The position numbers and the translations under genes were made by a program. The notes beneath the pieces were generated by a model. It worked only from the letters and a program-made list of their open reading frames with translations. It ran no database searches and was not told the origin of the DNA. Below are positions 36,270 to 47,500 of a stretch of DNA of 51,549 nucleotides, in pieces. Location of the stretch: NCBI GenBank assembly GCA_041615815.1, contig JBFJCP010000032.1:1-51549 (forward strand), written 5' to 3'. Each line of letters opens with the position of its first letter. The stretch's first letter is position 1. The stretch is from Gemmatimonadales bacterium (GTDB lineage Bacteria > Gemmatimonadota > Gemmatimonadetes > Gemmatimonadales > GWC2-71-9).

Positions 36270-37397
36270 ATGGCTGAACGGTGCATGGCTGGTCCCATCC
36301 TGGCGTGCGCTGCCCTGGCCGCCTGTGGGACTACGCCAACCGACGACGGGCCTGGCCCCGGCCCCGGTCCCGATCTGTCACTCACCTGCGCGGCCACCGC
36401 GGCGATCTTCGACGGGGGAGCCGGCCGCGGCGGGATCCCCGCACTCACCAACCCTCCACTCGTGGAGCTGGACGACCCGGGCGCGACCTACGTGGATGAG
36501 TACGCGGCCGCGGCCGCGAACGACGACGGCTCCGTGGAAGCGAGGGTAGTTGGTCTCTACGTGGACGGCACCGCCATCGCCGTCCCCCACAACGTTCTCT
36601 GGTGGCACGAGATCGTGAACCTCGACGTGGGCGGTCACCGGCTGTCCGTCACATACTGTCCGCTCACCGGAAGCCCGCTCGTGTTCGACCTCGGCGCCAG
36701 CGGCGTCGCGCACCTGGGCGTATCCGGCCTCATCTTCGAGAACAACCTCGTCATGTTCGATCCCGACACCGAGAGTCTGTGGCCACAGCTGTGTCTTGGC
36801 GCGGTGCGAGGACCGCTCGAGGGCTCGAATCTGATCCAGTTCCCGGCAACGGACATGCGCTGGGAGACGTGGAAGGCACGCCATCCCGATGGGCTGGTGG
36901 TGAGCAGCGCCACCGGGTTCGACCGAGAGTACACGCGCTATCCATATCGCTTCTACGAGGCCAGCGACTTTCTGCTCTTTCCCCTGAGTCGGGCGCCAGA
37001 CACCCGCCGCCCGCTCAAAGAGCGGGTCTTCGGAATCGGTGAAGGACGGGGTGGGATCGCGTTTCCCTTCGAAGAGCTCGTCGGTACCAGCTCGGGGACC
37101 AACGTCATCACGACGCTGTTCGGCGGTGGGGAAGTGATCTTGCTCTGGGACGGGGAGGCGTTGGGCGCCGGCGCCTTCTATCCACGCACCAAGGCCAACG
37201 AGCCCGTCAGGCTCCGGGCGAGCGAGGACGGACGCTTCACGGACGCGGAAACCGGTACCCAGTGGAACGCCGCGGGACTGGCGATCGAGGGCCCGATGGC
37301 AGGCTCGCGGCTCCAACCGGTGGCGGGCGCCTTCGTGGCGTACTGGTTTGCCTGGGCCGCCTTCTATCCGGACACTGGGATCTGGCTCCGGGAGTAG
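36270..37397 (+). CDS. DUF3179-domain lipoprotein
   Basis: LAAC lipobox, GIPAL, WHEIVN, TYCPLTGS, GVSGL..NNLVMFD..TESLWPQ, YWFAWAAFYPDT. Confidence 0.85.
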   Translation: MAERCMAGPILACAALAACGTTPTDDGPGPGPGPDLSLTCAATAAIFDGGAGRGGIPALTNPPLVELDDPGATYVDEYAAAAANDDGSVEARVVGLYVDGTAIAVPHNVLWWHEIVNLDVGGHRLSVTYCPLTGSPLVFDLGASGVAHLGVSGLIFENNLVMFDPDTESLWPQLCLGAVRGPLEGSNLIQFPATDMRWETWKARHPDGLVVSSATGFDREYTRYPYRFYEASDFLLFPLSRAPDTRRPLKERVFGIGEGRGGIAFPFEELVGTSSGTNVITTLFGGGEVILLWDGEALGAGAFYPRTKANEPVRLRASEDGRFTDAETGTQWNAAGLAIEGPMAGSRLQPVAGAFVAYWFAWAAFYPDTGIWLRE

Positions 37398-37403
37398 GCC
37401 GAC

Positions 37404-37895
37404 CTACCACCGAATGACCGGAACACTGATGATCCACCGGGCTCGACGCTCGGGCGGTGGGGGAGGACCGTTCGTCGAGTTTCCGGGGCCCCCGCCCTCG
37501 AGTGCCAATACGACGCCCACGGTGGCGGCGGCGGCGAATCCACCCATGAGCAACCCTGTGCGCGTGCCATCCAGCTTCCGTTCATCTACGCGGAGCACAT
37601 CGCGGCGGGGGACGTCAATGCGCTGACGCAGCTCCTGCGCCGCGGCGAGGCCCGTGGGGGGCGCGGGAACCTTCACGGCAATCAACACGGTGGTGGCATC
37701 GGCATCCACCAGCTCCCCCTCGAGCTCCCTCGTATCCAGACCCACTCGGCGCGCGAGATCAGCCTGTGCTTCGGTGGACAGGACCGCGCGGATCTTCGCT
37801 CCCGGCTGAACAGTCTCAAGAGTAGCTGGCGCATACGTGTAGCAGCCAAGAGATGCCACGATGCTCGACAAGACTGCGCAAACCCGCCGTGTCAT
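37404..37895 (-). CDS. Hypothetical lipoprotein
   Basis: Signal with SLGC lipobox-like motif (CYTYAP), C-terminal hydrophobic segment and poly-Pro. Start ATG 37895 or 37907. Confidence 0.7.
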   Translation of the reverse strand: MTRRVCAVLSSIVASLGCYTYAPATLETVQPGAKIRAVLSTEAQADLARRVGLDTRELEGELVDADATTVLIAVKVPAPPTGLAAAQELRQRIDVPRRDVLRVDERKLDGTRTGLLMGGFAAAATVGVVLALEGGGPGNSTNGPPPPPERRARWIISVPVIRW

Positions 37896-37987
37896 GAAGA
37901 TCTCCATGCCCGTCCCGCTCCTCCTGCCCCTCCGAACCCTACAGGATGGGCGGGATCGGCGACGGGCGCATGAATGATGAGAATCCC

Positions 37988-40315
37988 TCAAAACCCAAAC
38001 AACTTCGTGATCTTCGTCGTAATCAGTCGCTCAACAGTGCCGGTGTCCAGATCCCGCCGCTCCGTGTACACCAAGAATACATCACTGAGTGGCGCATGGA
38101 TAAGGTTGACGCGAAGATTGGTGACCACCAACCGATCCACATTACTGTCGACGTATTGAACCGAAACGTTCGCAAAGAGACCTGTCGAATACGCGAACCG
38201 TACCTGTGACCGGACCGTGTTGGCCGAAAACGGTCCCGCGGCCAGCTCGATGTCGTCTCGGCTGGCACCCACCTCGAGCGAGAAACGATAGTGCGGCCGC
38301 CACAAGGCGCTCGTTTCGACCGAAATCCGATGGCCGTCGAAGAAACCGCCGCCTGACAGTTCGACGCGACCGGAGATTGGGCGCGCCACCGCGGTCTGGA
38401 GCTCCGCGCGCGCTTCGTGAAAGTCATAGCGGCCAACGGGCACGGCCACATCACCCAGCTCGAACGGTTCGTCGAGCCGCTCGAAGCGGTTCTGATACAC
38501 GAGCCTCACCGCCGTCCCATCCAGGAAATTGACCCCAAGTCCGAGCACCCCGCGACGCGTCAGCAGATCGCTTGCGAGATCGGTGATGACGTGCACCTCC
38601 CCGTACGGGTTGATCTCCTGGAGCGCGAGGACCGATGGACGTGGATGCGCACCGAGCGTGGCGTAAGCGTGCCGAATCCCCCTTCGCCGGACGAAGCCGA
38701 CGGCGGGATTGAACCCGTCTCCCACGTGTTTCACGAATCCGGACATGTCCCATATGCGATCGCGCCACGCCACCGACACTCTTGCGGCGGTTCGATCACC
38801 GGCACCATTCGTTTCCTCGGTTCGGGCCACGTAGGAGTTGACGATCAAATGATCGAACATCCGGAGATTCGCGTCTGCGCCCAAACTCCGGTTGTAAACT
38901 CCGCCACCGCCGCCGGTCGTTTGCCGATTGACGAACATGGCGCCAAGATCTGCGTTCCCGAGATTCCGGCGCAAGCGTAGCACGCCGAAGTTCTCCGCCT
39001 GCTGGCTGTCGAAACTCTCGGTCTGCATATCCAAGACACCCAGCTCGAAGTGTCCGGCGCGACCCGTGAGCCGTGCCCCGCCAACGATCGGGACGGGACG
39101 CCGATCGCTCGAGAGCCCGATCCGTCTCGAATGAAACAGCGTGAAATCCCTGAGCGACGACCCCATGCGATAGTTTCGCTCGGTCACGTCACCCAGGATG
39201 AACGAGCCGGAGTTCTCGACGAAGAAATCCCGTTGCTCCGGGAAGAACAACGGAAACCTCGTGAGATTCACCTGCTCCTGGTCCACCTCGACCTGCGAGA
39301 AGTCCGTGCGGAAGGTCCCATCCGCCGTGAGGCCCGAGGTCACACCCCATTTCACATCGAGCCCACCGTCGAATTCCAGGGCGTCGCCGGTCTCGAAGTC
39401 TCCCCATTGGTTCTGTCCGAGCACAAACGGTTTCACACGGAGATTGCGGCCGGCGCGCAGCCGGCTGAGACCCTGGAGCGTGCCGGCCTTGGACATCCGA
39501 TGCACCGGATCTCGGATGTCGAGTGGCGCCCAATAGGAGTCCTCGCTCTTGCGCCGCACGCGCCGCAGCATGTTGAGGCCCCATTGCTGATCGCCTCGGT
39601 TGGGATCGAACCGCAACGTCGTCCACGGAATCGCCAACTCCACCGTCCATCCGGAATCGTGGACCGTCGTCTTGAGGTCGAGCACCGCCCGCCACGCGAA
39701 ATCGATCTGCCGGCTGTCGTTGAAGGTCTGTCCGTCTCGGAGTGCGCCCTCGGGATTGATCAAGAAGATGAACGAGTTCCGCCGGTCCAAGAACGTGTCC
39801 AGCGTGATGGAGAAGACGTCCATGTTCCGGGTGCTCTCGCCGGGGAAATCATATTCCAGCGTCGTGACCACGTACTTGCCCATCGAGTCGTAGCAGAGCG
39901 CGCCCACATACAGGTTGCGATCGTCGTATAGGATGCGCACCACGGTGCGTTCCGTGGCCGGGAAACCCACATCCGGCTGCGACTGAATGAAGGCCGAGAT
40001 GGGGCGGGCATCGGCCCACGCAGCGTCATCGAGACGGCCATCGATCCGAAGGGGGCCTGTGGCGCGAACGGCGTACGCCGTGGGGCGCGGCGCCGTCTCG
40101 GGATCGAGCGGATATTGAGACTCGGTGTGGGGAACGCCGGTCTCTTGGGCTCTCGCTGTTCCGCAGACGAGTAAGCCGACGAGGCCGACGAACGATCTGC
40201 GGAACAGCGAGACGCGAGACAGTGAGAAGGGTGGAAGGTCGGAACGCTTTCCCCCTAGCGCTCCGGCCTTCCGATACTCGAGCTGTCCAATCTCCCCACC
40301 TTCCAACCGTCTCAC
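37988..40315 (-). CDS. CBM9-like + DUF5916 outer-membrane protein
   Basis: IDGRLDDAAW, GWTVELAIPWTTLRF, DFSQVEVD, RFPLFFPEQRDFF, LFHSRRIGL, terminal Phe. Start uncertain (GTG 40315). Confidence 0.85.
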   Translation of the reverse strand: MRRLEGGEIGQLEYRKAGALGGKRSDLPPFSLSRVSLFRRSFVGLVGLLVCGTARAQETGVPHTESQYPLDPETAPRPTAYAVRATGPLRIDGRLDDAAWADARPISAFIQSQPDVGFPATERTVVRILYDDRNLYVGALCYDSMGKYVVTTLEYDFPGESTRNMDVFSITLDTFLDRRNSFIFLINPEGALRDGQTFNDSRQIDFAWRAVLDLKTTVHDSGWTVELAIPWTTLRFDPNRGDQQWGLNMLRRVRRKSEDSYWAPLDIRDPVHRMSKAGTLQGLSRLRAGRNLRVKPFVLGQNQWGDFETGDALEFDGGLDVKWGVTSGLTADGTFRTDFSQVEVDQEQVNLTRFPLFFPEQRDFFVENSGSFILGDVTERNYRMGSSLRDFTLFHSRRIGLSSDRRPVPIVGGARLTGRAGHFELGVLDMQTESFDSQQAENFGVLRLRRNLGNADLGAMFVNRQTTGGGGGVYNRSLGADANLRMFDHLIVNSYVARTEETNGAGDRTAARVSVAWRDRIWDMSGFVKHVGDGFNPAVGFVRRRGIRHAYATLGAHPRPSVLALQEINPYGEVHVITDLASDLLTRRGVLGLGVNFLDGTAVRLVYQNRFERLDEPFELGDVAVPVGRYDFHEARAELQTAVARPISGRVELSGGGFFDGHRISVETSALWRPHYRFSLEVGASRDDIELAAGPFSANTVRSQVRFAYSTGLFANVSVQYVDSNVDRLVVTNLRVNLIHAPLSDVFLVYTERRDLDTGTVERLITTKITKLFGF

Positions 40316-40332
40316 CTTCCCACTTTCCGACC
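40206..40332. repeat. Two inverted arrays of degenerate octamers (consensus near TTCCNACC)
   Basis: Plus strand 40285-40332: GTCCAATC TCCCCACC TTCCAACC GTCTCACC TTCCCACT TTCCGACC. Minus strand from 40244: TTCCGACC TTCCACCC TTCTCACT and decaying copies. Confidence 0.7.
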
Positions 40333-42977
40333 TAGTTCGCCCCGTCCGTCGCCGCCGCGGCCGCGGACGGCATCTCCTCCAAGGTGGCGGCGTGGAGCGT
40401 ATTGAACACGAGCTTGAACGTGTTACGCGGCTGGCCGCGGAACTGGGTCCGGAATCCGGTGAGCACCACCGATCCCTCACCGAGCTGCGCCCGCACCACC
40501 GCGGGGCGTCCGGCCAGGTAGCGCTTTTCGCCCAGGGCCCATCCGGAGAGCAACAGGTTGTCCTTCGCGTAACGGGCAACCACCTCCACGGGTTGGGCCG
40601 GCGCGCTCTGCTCCCCGGCCCGCGCCGGGTTGATCACGCGAAACGCGCGGCTCCGGACGAAGAACGCTGCCCCGTGTTGTCGCATCCCGTATGCGACGGG
40701 ATGCGTGGGGTCCACGTCGATGGCGATCAGGGATCCGGGAATGAAGAAACGCTCGGATTCGACACCGTCGACGGCGTTACGGATGGGCAAACCGAATTGC
40801 TCGATGGCGAAGTCGCTCGCCTCATCCAACGCGAGGATCGTCCCACCCTGCTCCGCATACCGCTTGAGCGCCGCGGCGCCTTCCACTCCCAGGCCACCCA
40901 CGTACTCGGGTGGCATCGTTCCGGGCGCATGGCCGTGCAGGAGTTCCGAGGGCGACATGCTCGGCAGGATGACGGCGTGGTACTGGGACAGATCGCTACG
41001 CTGAATGTCGCGATCGTGGAGTGTATCCAAGGGGAACTCGTACTGCTGGAGCAACCACCGCGTCCATCCTTCGTCCATGCTGGCATCCCAGCTCTTGTAA
41101 ATCGCTACGCGCGGACGGCGGAGCTGGTGCAGGCCGTCCGGACGCGTTGCGAGACCCATGAAATCCAAGCCGAACTCATTGGCGAGGGTCTGGATACGGT
41201 CCGTCGTGCCCTGCCCGGCCTCGATGACGATGGTTCCAGCGGGATGCTGCGTACGACCCACACTCATCGGCGCGCCGGTCCAGAACACATTGTCACCGGC
41301 GGCGAGCAGTCGGTTCACGGCTCGCGCGCTCAGGTTTTGCTGGTGGGAGAGCGCATAGCCAAACGCCGCGTTCCCCATGACCTGTCCGGCCACCGGTTGT
41401 ACCATCTCCACGAGCTCGGTCCGTGTCTGGAACGGCTCCTCGATGCGCGCCACCTTGACGCCCATTTGAATCGGGAGGGTCCAACCCGCCAAATCGTACG
41501 GTGTCTCCGGGGGACCACCCTCATACAGGCGGCGATCCGGGTAGTCCTGACGTTCCATGAGATCCACGAGATAGGGCCTGAACGCCTGGCCGGCGTGGAT
41601 GACGTACGAGCCACGAGGATACCGTTCGCCGCCGGCGGTGAACTCGCTGGTGGCGCGATGTACCTCCACACCACCCCGGAGCAGGGTGTTCACCAATTCG
41701 CGACTCTCCCCCCGATCCCACTGATCCGGGGGCACGACGTATGCGAAGGGCCCGCCCGCTTCACCGCGCTCGATGGCATCGCGCCCCATGCGATACATGT
41801 TGTACAGCCATTGCTGGCGTCGCTTGGCACCGATGTCGAGCACGGCCATCGAGCCGGTGAGCATGTAGTCGATGGCATCCCGAAACCTGAGCCACCCACC
41901 GGGCCAGGGGTCCGGGTAGAAAATGCTGGGGTCGGTCGTCGAGATCGTCCCCGAGCGCCGCAGCGGAAGCACGTCGGGCCGCTCCTCGGGATCCCAGAAC
42001 CTGGGTGTGGGTGAAGACTGACCGGTCTCGGTGAGGATCCCGATCATGTTGTGGTAGTACGGGGTTGTGCGGCCGCCACCATTCCACCACATGGAGAAGA
42101 TCACCCGGGAGATCACGCCGTCTTTTTCCTCTTCGGAAAACCGGTTGACCATGTGATTACCGACCAGGTTGACGCCCGTAATGACGTCAGCCGGGATGTT
42201 CGGATTCACCGGGTCGGCGAACGGGGGCACGAAGATCCGGGTCCAATCCGGCGATGTCTGGTGATGGTTGTACACGATCTGCGGATACCACTCGTGGTAC
42301 AGCACGCGAGAGACCGCCTGGGTCTCCGGCTGAAGGATCATGTACCAATCGCGGTTGTTGTCGTGGCCCACGTAGTGATGGTAGAGCTCCGGGGGGCCCG
42401 TGGTTTCGAATGGCGTTCCCCGATTTCGTTTGTACCAGTTGGCAACGATATCCAGGCCGTCAGGATTGATGACCGGGTTCAACAGGAGAATCACATTGTC
42501 GCGAATGGCCCGCATCTCCTCGCTTTCTTCCGTGACCACCTTGTGGGCCAGGAGCGACGTCATCTGGGCGTGTGCGCGCTCGGTGGCGTGCATGCCACCG
42601 TCGATCCAGACGACGGCCTTCCCTTGGGCGGCGAGCTGTCGCGCCTCCTGATCACTGACTCTGGCTCTGGCCAACCGCGCGCTGATGTCTCGCCAGCGAT
42701 CGAGCTGGCGCAGGTTCTCCTCGGACGAGATGAAGAGGAGCAGCATCGGCTTGCCCAGTGCGGAACGGCCGAACTCGATCATCTGAACGCGATCGCTGGC
42801 TGCGTCCAGCTGACGGTAGTATTCGAGCATCTGGCTGTAGTCCGCGATCTGGTAGTCGGCACCTGGCTCGAAGCCGAACACGTCGCGGGGATGTGGGACC
42901 TGTTGTGCGGTGAGCGAAAACGCCGGCAGGGCGCAGAGGATCAGGGTGAGCAGGAAGGGAGTGCGTTTCTTCTTCAT
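40332..42977 (-). CDS. Secreted M14-family zinc carboxypeptidase with C-terminal GATase-like domain
   Basis: Signal peptide, DGGMHATE (HxxE), NPDG, DNNRD, YNHHQ; SMDEGWTRW C-terminal domain. Start re-picked at ATG 42977. Confidence 0.88.
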   Translation of the reverse strand: MKKKRTPFLLTLILCALPAFSLTAQQVPHPRDVFGFEPGADYQIADYSQMLEYYRQLDAASDRVQMIEFGRSALGKPMLLLFISSEENLRQLDRWRDISARLARARVSDQEARQLAAQGKAVVWIDGGMHATERAHAQMTSLLAHKVVTEESEEMRAIRDNVILLLNPVINPDGLDIVANWYKRNRGTPFETTGPPELYHHYVGHDNNRDWYMILQPETQAVSRVLYHEWYPQIVYNHHQTSPDWTRIFVPPFADPVNPNIPADVITGVNLVGNHMVNRFSEEEKDGVISRVIFSMWWNGGGRTTPYYHNMIGILTETGQSSPTPRFWDPEERPDVLPLRRSGTISTTDPSIFYPDPWPGGWLRFRDAIDYMLTGSMAVLDIGAKRRQQWLYNMYRMGRDAIERGEAGGPFAYVVPPDQWDRGESRELVNTLLRGGVEVHRATSEFTAGGERYPRGSYVIHAGQAFRPYLVDLMERQDYPDRRLYEGGPPETPYDLAGWTLPIQMGVKVARIEEPFQTRTELVEMVQPVAGQVMGNAAFGYALSHQQNLSARAVNRLLAAGDNVFWTGAPMSVGRTQHPAGTIVIEAGQGTTDRIQTLANEFGLDFMGLATRPDGLHQLRRPRVAIYKSWDASMDEGWTRWLLQQYEFPLDTLHDRDIQRSDLSQYHAVILPSMSPSELLHGHAPGTMPPEYVGGLGVEGAAALKRYAEQGGTILALDEASDFAIEQFGLPIRNAVDGVESERFFIPGSLIAIDVDPTHPVAYGMRQHGAAFFVRSRAFRVINPARAGEQSAPAQPVEVVARYAKDNLLLSGWALGEKRYLAGRPAVVRAQLGEGSVVLTGFRTQFRGQPRNTFKLVFNTLHAATLEEMPSAAAAATDGAN

Positions 42978-43126
42978 GGTGGGTCTCCGAGTGGCATAAG
43001 CGTGCACGAAAGTTCGCACCGTGGCACCAGCGGCGAAAGCGCAGCGACCCGCCGGTCACGAGGACTGGCGGGTCGCTCAAGCAACAGCAGCCCGCGACAC
43101 GTGGCGTCGTGCCGCGGGATTACGGA

Positions 43127-44533
43127 CTACGAGACATTCGGGTTGGTATCAATCTCGTTCGCACTCAGCGGGAAGCAGAGCGCGCGGGCCACCGGATTGG
43201 TCATGGTCTCCACCGGTCCCGATTCGGTGAGCCCGTCGTCATCGGTGGACCCGTCGAGGCTGGAGACGCCGTCGGGCCCATCGTTGTCGACGTACAGGCC
43301 GTCGGTTACAACGCCGGGCGTGCCGGCATTGATCCACCGGCGAAGATCCCCCATGCGCCGATTCTCGAGCCACAGCTCGAGCTGCCGCTCCAACTTGAGC
43401 AACGAATACGCCGAGTCCACGCTCACGGTATTGTCGTAGAGCGCGAGCCCCAGGTCCGCCCGACGGATGTTCATGAGATCCACGGCCGGGCCGGCGTTGC
43501 CACCGGCGAGCGCGGCCTCGGCCTCGATGAGGCGCATCTCCCATCCGCTCGAGAGATTCACCCCCGAGGAAGTCTCCGGGTACTTGTCCTGGCGGTGCCA
43601 CGGCACCTGGCCGCCGAACTTGGCAACCCCGGCATCTCCGGTCTGCGGATCGCCCGGCCCCGGAAGAATGATGTTGATTCTCGAGTCGTTGGGCTCCAAG
43701 AAGAAGCTGTACGCCTCGGCGAACGTGCCCCACTCCGTATGGGCCCGATACGGCGCATCGCCGTTTGCCCACACCAGGGCGTTGAACTGGTTCTGGTCCT
43801 GATCGGAGTAAGCGGCCTGGAATACGAAGCCGTCCGGCACGAGAGCCGCTTCTGAGGCCGCGCCTCCCCAGTTTCCGAGCGACGCCCGGACCGACGCCAG
43901 ACCCGCCCGGGCCGCGGTCTGGATGTCACCCGTCCCGAGCGTCACGGCGCTGGCGAAATGCGCCTCCGCCCGCGTGAAATAGTCCGTGTGCGGGGAGGGC
44001 GACCCGAACCCGCCGTCCGGAGGCGGGATGACTGCTTGGCAGAATGTCTCTCCCAGCAATCGGTTGGCATATCCGGCGAACAACGAGACTTCAGCCAGGA
44101 GGGCGTTCGATGCACCGATCTCATTGAACCGCCGGATGGCATCCTCCGCTACGAAGCGGGCTTCGTTGGCGGTGCCCCATGGCGCGTTGGAGGTACCGGC
44201 ATCCACCGACCCTGATTGGACGTCCACGGGGATGCCAAAGCTCCCCGTGGACCCGGCCGGGTTGATCTCGAACGTAACGGCAGCGCTCCAGTACAGCGTA
44301 AACGCCCCGCGGTCGGTGTTCAGCGCATCGGACAGGGTCCGGCGCGCGCCCGCCACGACCGCCGCGAACGCATCAGGATTGTTCAGAAAATCGTCCGGGG
44401 TGGGTCCCGGGTTCGTTACCGACGTGTCACAGGCCGCCACCAGGGCGATCAGGCCCGCCGACAGCGCCGGAACCACATTGCGCCGCATCGATGCATGCAT
44501 TGCACGTGTCCTTTCGCGTGTGTCGTCAACCAT
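43127..44533 (-). CDS. SusD/RagB-like outer-membrane lipoprotein
   Basis: VAACD lipobox, EMRLIEAEAAL, MNIRR, ERQLELWLENRRMGDLRR, FPLSANEIDTNPN. Confidence 0.88.
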   Translation of the reverse strand: MVDDTRERTRAMHASMRRNVVPALSAGLIALVAACDTSVTNPGPTPDDFLNNPDAFAAVVAGARRTLSDALNTDRGAFTLYWSAAVTFEINPAGSTGSFGIPVDVQSGSVDAGTSNAPWGTANEARFVAEDAIRRFNEIGASNALLAEVSLFAGYANRLLGETFCQAVIPPPDGGFGSPSPHTDYFTRAEAHFASAVTLGTGDIQTAARAGLASVRASLGNWGGAASEAALVPDGFVFQAAYSDQDQNQFNALVWANGDAPYRAHTEWGTFAEAYSFFLEPNDSRINIILPGPGDPQTGDAGVAKFGGQVPWHRQDKYPETSSGVNLSSGWEMRLIEAEAALAGGNAGPAVDLMNIRRADLGLALYDNTVSVDSAYSLLKLERQLELWLENRRMGDLRRWINAGTPGVVTDGLYVDNDGPDGVSSLDGSTDDDGLTESGPVETMTNPVARALCFPLSANEIDTNPNVS

Positions 44534-44541
44534 GCCGCCCC

Positions 44542-47500
44542 CTAGAAGGTGATCCGCAGCGAGGCCGTGAAGACGGCCGGCGGCGGGATGTGTTCGGAGA
44601 TCTCTCGGTTCTGCTCGTCCAGACTATTCCGAGAGCTCATCTCCGGATCGAACATCCGTAGGTCGCTGTTGATCCACCGCACGAAGTTCTGCGCGCTGAG
44701 GCTCAGCGTGGCCGACTGCGTGCGTGGGATCAACGTCCCGAACGGAATGGTGAGCGTGATGTCCCGCAGCTTGAAGAAGTCCTGTGGGAACCACAGCGCA
44801 TCGTCCGCGCGGCTGCTTATGGGCGTCTGACACTCGACCCGCTCCCGGGCCGTGAACTGATCCACGGTTCCACCGCCAGCCAAAATGGCCTCGGCGTTCG
44901 CGCACAGTGGCCAGATCACAGAGCGCGATAAGGCGTTGTCCGCCGCGCTATCGAAGATCCAGGCGCCACCCTGGTATTCACCGCGGGCGGACAGGGTGAT
45001 CCCCTTCGGGAATCGGACCGTGCCGTTGATGCCCCAGATGATCTCGGGCTGTTGCGGACCGAAGATGTAGTTGCCCGACGCGTTACACGGGTCCACCCCC
45101 ACAATGCACAAAGAGTCCGGTTCCGCCACCTGGTTGGGATTCTTGATGACGAGCCCGTCGGCCCCCATCACCGGGAAACCTTCCTCGACCCAGCCGCCCC
45201 CGGCCCCAAAGGGTACTGCTTCGCCGAGGTCCAGCACGAGGCTCTTGTTGGTATACACGTTGGTGCCGAGGTCGAAGCCCCAATTGGGGGAATCGATGAT
45301 CGCGGCGTTGACGGACGCCTCGATCCCGGCGTTCCGGATGGCGCCCACATTGGCGGTCCTGCTCGTGAGGATGCCGTTGGAGGGTGCCTGTCGCACGCTG
45401 AATAGCGCATCGGTGGTCTTCTGGTTGTACCACGTGAACTCGACGCTCACCCGGCTGTTGACGAGCGCCGCATCGAGCCCAAACTCGATCTCCCGAGTTC
45501 GCTCCGGTCCGATCTCCGGATTCCCCGGATTGTCCGGCACGAAGGCCGGATCGCCGGCAAACGGTACGGCCTCCCAGGTGCGCACAGCGTCGAAGGCACC
45601 GGGAGCGCGGCCGGACCACCCCAGGGCACCGCGGAGCTTCACTTCACCGAGCGATGCGGGCCAGAAGGACTCGTCCGAGATCACGTAGGACAAGCTGGCC
45701 TTGGGATACGCCTGGAGACCCAGGTCGCTTCCGAACGCTGAGTTTCCATCCACGCGGATGCCGCCGGTCAAAAACCACCGGTCTCTGAATTTGAACACAT
45801 TCTGGAAGAAGAACCCGGCGTTCACGACGCGAATGCGATCTTCCTGCGAGATGAACGTGGCCGCGTTCGTGACCGTCGGTGCACCGGGACCCGGGAATCC
45901 GCGGCCCCAACCGAAGATCCGATTCTCCTCGGTGGTGATGCTCTGTCCACCAAAGGAGAACGTTCCGTTGAACTCGTCGCTCGCTCGATAGTCGACGTTA
46001 CCGACGTAATCGAACGTGAGGGTGGTGAAACTGATCTGCTCGTCGAAGAGCCGTCCCTCGGGCGCGCTCACGAATCCAAAGGGGCGGAGGTTCCGGTTCT
46101 CCTGTTGCGCCTGATCCCACCCGATGGTCACGCGGTTGCTGAACCAGCTGACCGGCGTGTAGTACACGGTGCCGCCCGAAATGAACCGGTTGATCTCGGT
46201 CGTGATCTCCTGATTGAGCAGGGAGTCGATCACGTACGGGTTGTTGGACTGGCGGTAGTTACGCTCGGCGCGGAATGCATTGAGCGTCAGGCCCTGTGCA
46301 TTGTTGCCGGCGGGCGTATTGAACACGTCGAAGTTGGTGAACGAGGTGTTCCAGTCGACGCGCAGATTGTCCAGGATACTGAACGTGAAGTTTCCACGAG
46401 TGGTGACTTTTTGCTCCTGGTCCATCGGGAGCGTGCCTTCGTTGTCCTCATATCCGCCAGCGAGGAAGTACTGGAAATCGCCCACACCGCCGGACACCGA
46501 CCCCGAGTACTTCTGGCGCCAGCCGTTCCGCAACCAGGAACAGGCCGGTGCGCCCACGCCATTGATCGTGGTCGAGAGGTCGGGAAGCGTGCCTCCCGCT
46601 TCGAACTGTGCCAGGCCTTCAGCCACCTTGTCCGGGCAGAACCCGACCGAGTTGTCCGGTGGGGCGAGCCGGACGAAATCGTCGCCGGCAGTCCCGAATG
46701 GCAGGGTGCGAGCGAAGCCCTGATCGACCTGAGCGGTCCATTGCGGGGCGCCACCGCGCGCGCCCTTCTTGGTGAAGATCTGGATCACGCCGGCGGCGGC
46801 TTCGGTGCCGTACAGCGTGCTGGCGGCGGAGCCCTTGATGACCTCGATCCGCTCGATGTCGGCGGGGTTGATGTCGTTGAGAGGACTCGACTGGATGTTG
46901 CCACTCCGGCCGATGAAGTCGATGCCGTTGGGCGGGCCGTTCCGTCGATAGCCTTCGCTCCGGACCCGTACGCCGTCGATGTAGATGATGGGCTGGTTGC
47001 TCTGGCTGGTACTGACGGGACCGCGCAAACGAATCGAGGCACCGGCTCCGGCGTTCCCGTTCGACTGCATCACTTGGAGACCCGGCACGCGGGCCTGCAG
47101 CAGCTGATCGACGTTCTGAGGCGGATCCTTGACCGTCGCCTGGAGATCGATCTGTCCGATCGTGTTGCCGACCTCTCGAACCCTGGCTTGGCCGGCGGTC
47201 CCCGTCACCACCACGGCGTCCAGTTCCAGGACGCTGCGGGTGAGACGGAGATCGGCCTGGGTCACCTGTCCGCCTTGAACCGCGAGCTGCAGCGTCCCGA
47301 CCTTGAAGCCGATGGCCACGGCTCGCACAGTGTGCTGGCCCGCCGGGACGTTGAGCAGGACGAAACTCCCGTCACGCCCGGTGGCGGTGCCGATATCCGT
47401 TCCGACAATGGATACCTGGGCACCAGAGATGCCGAGCCCGCTCCCCGCCGCCACGATCGTTCCCTGCACCGTGCCCGTTTGGGCAGCGGCCGGGGTGGCC

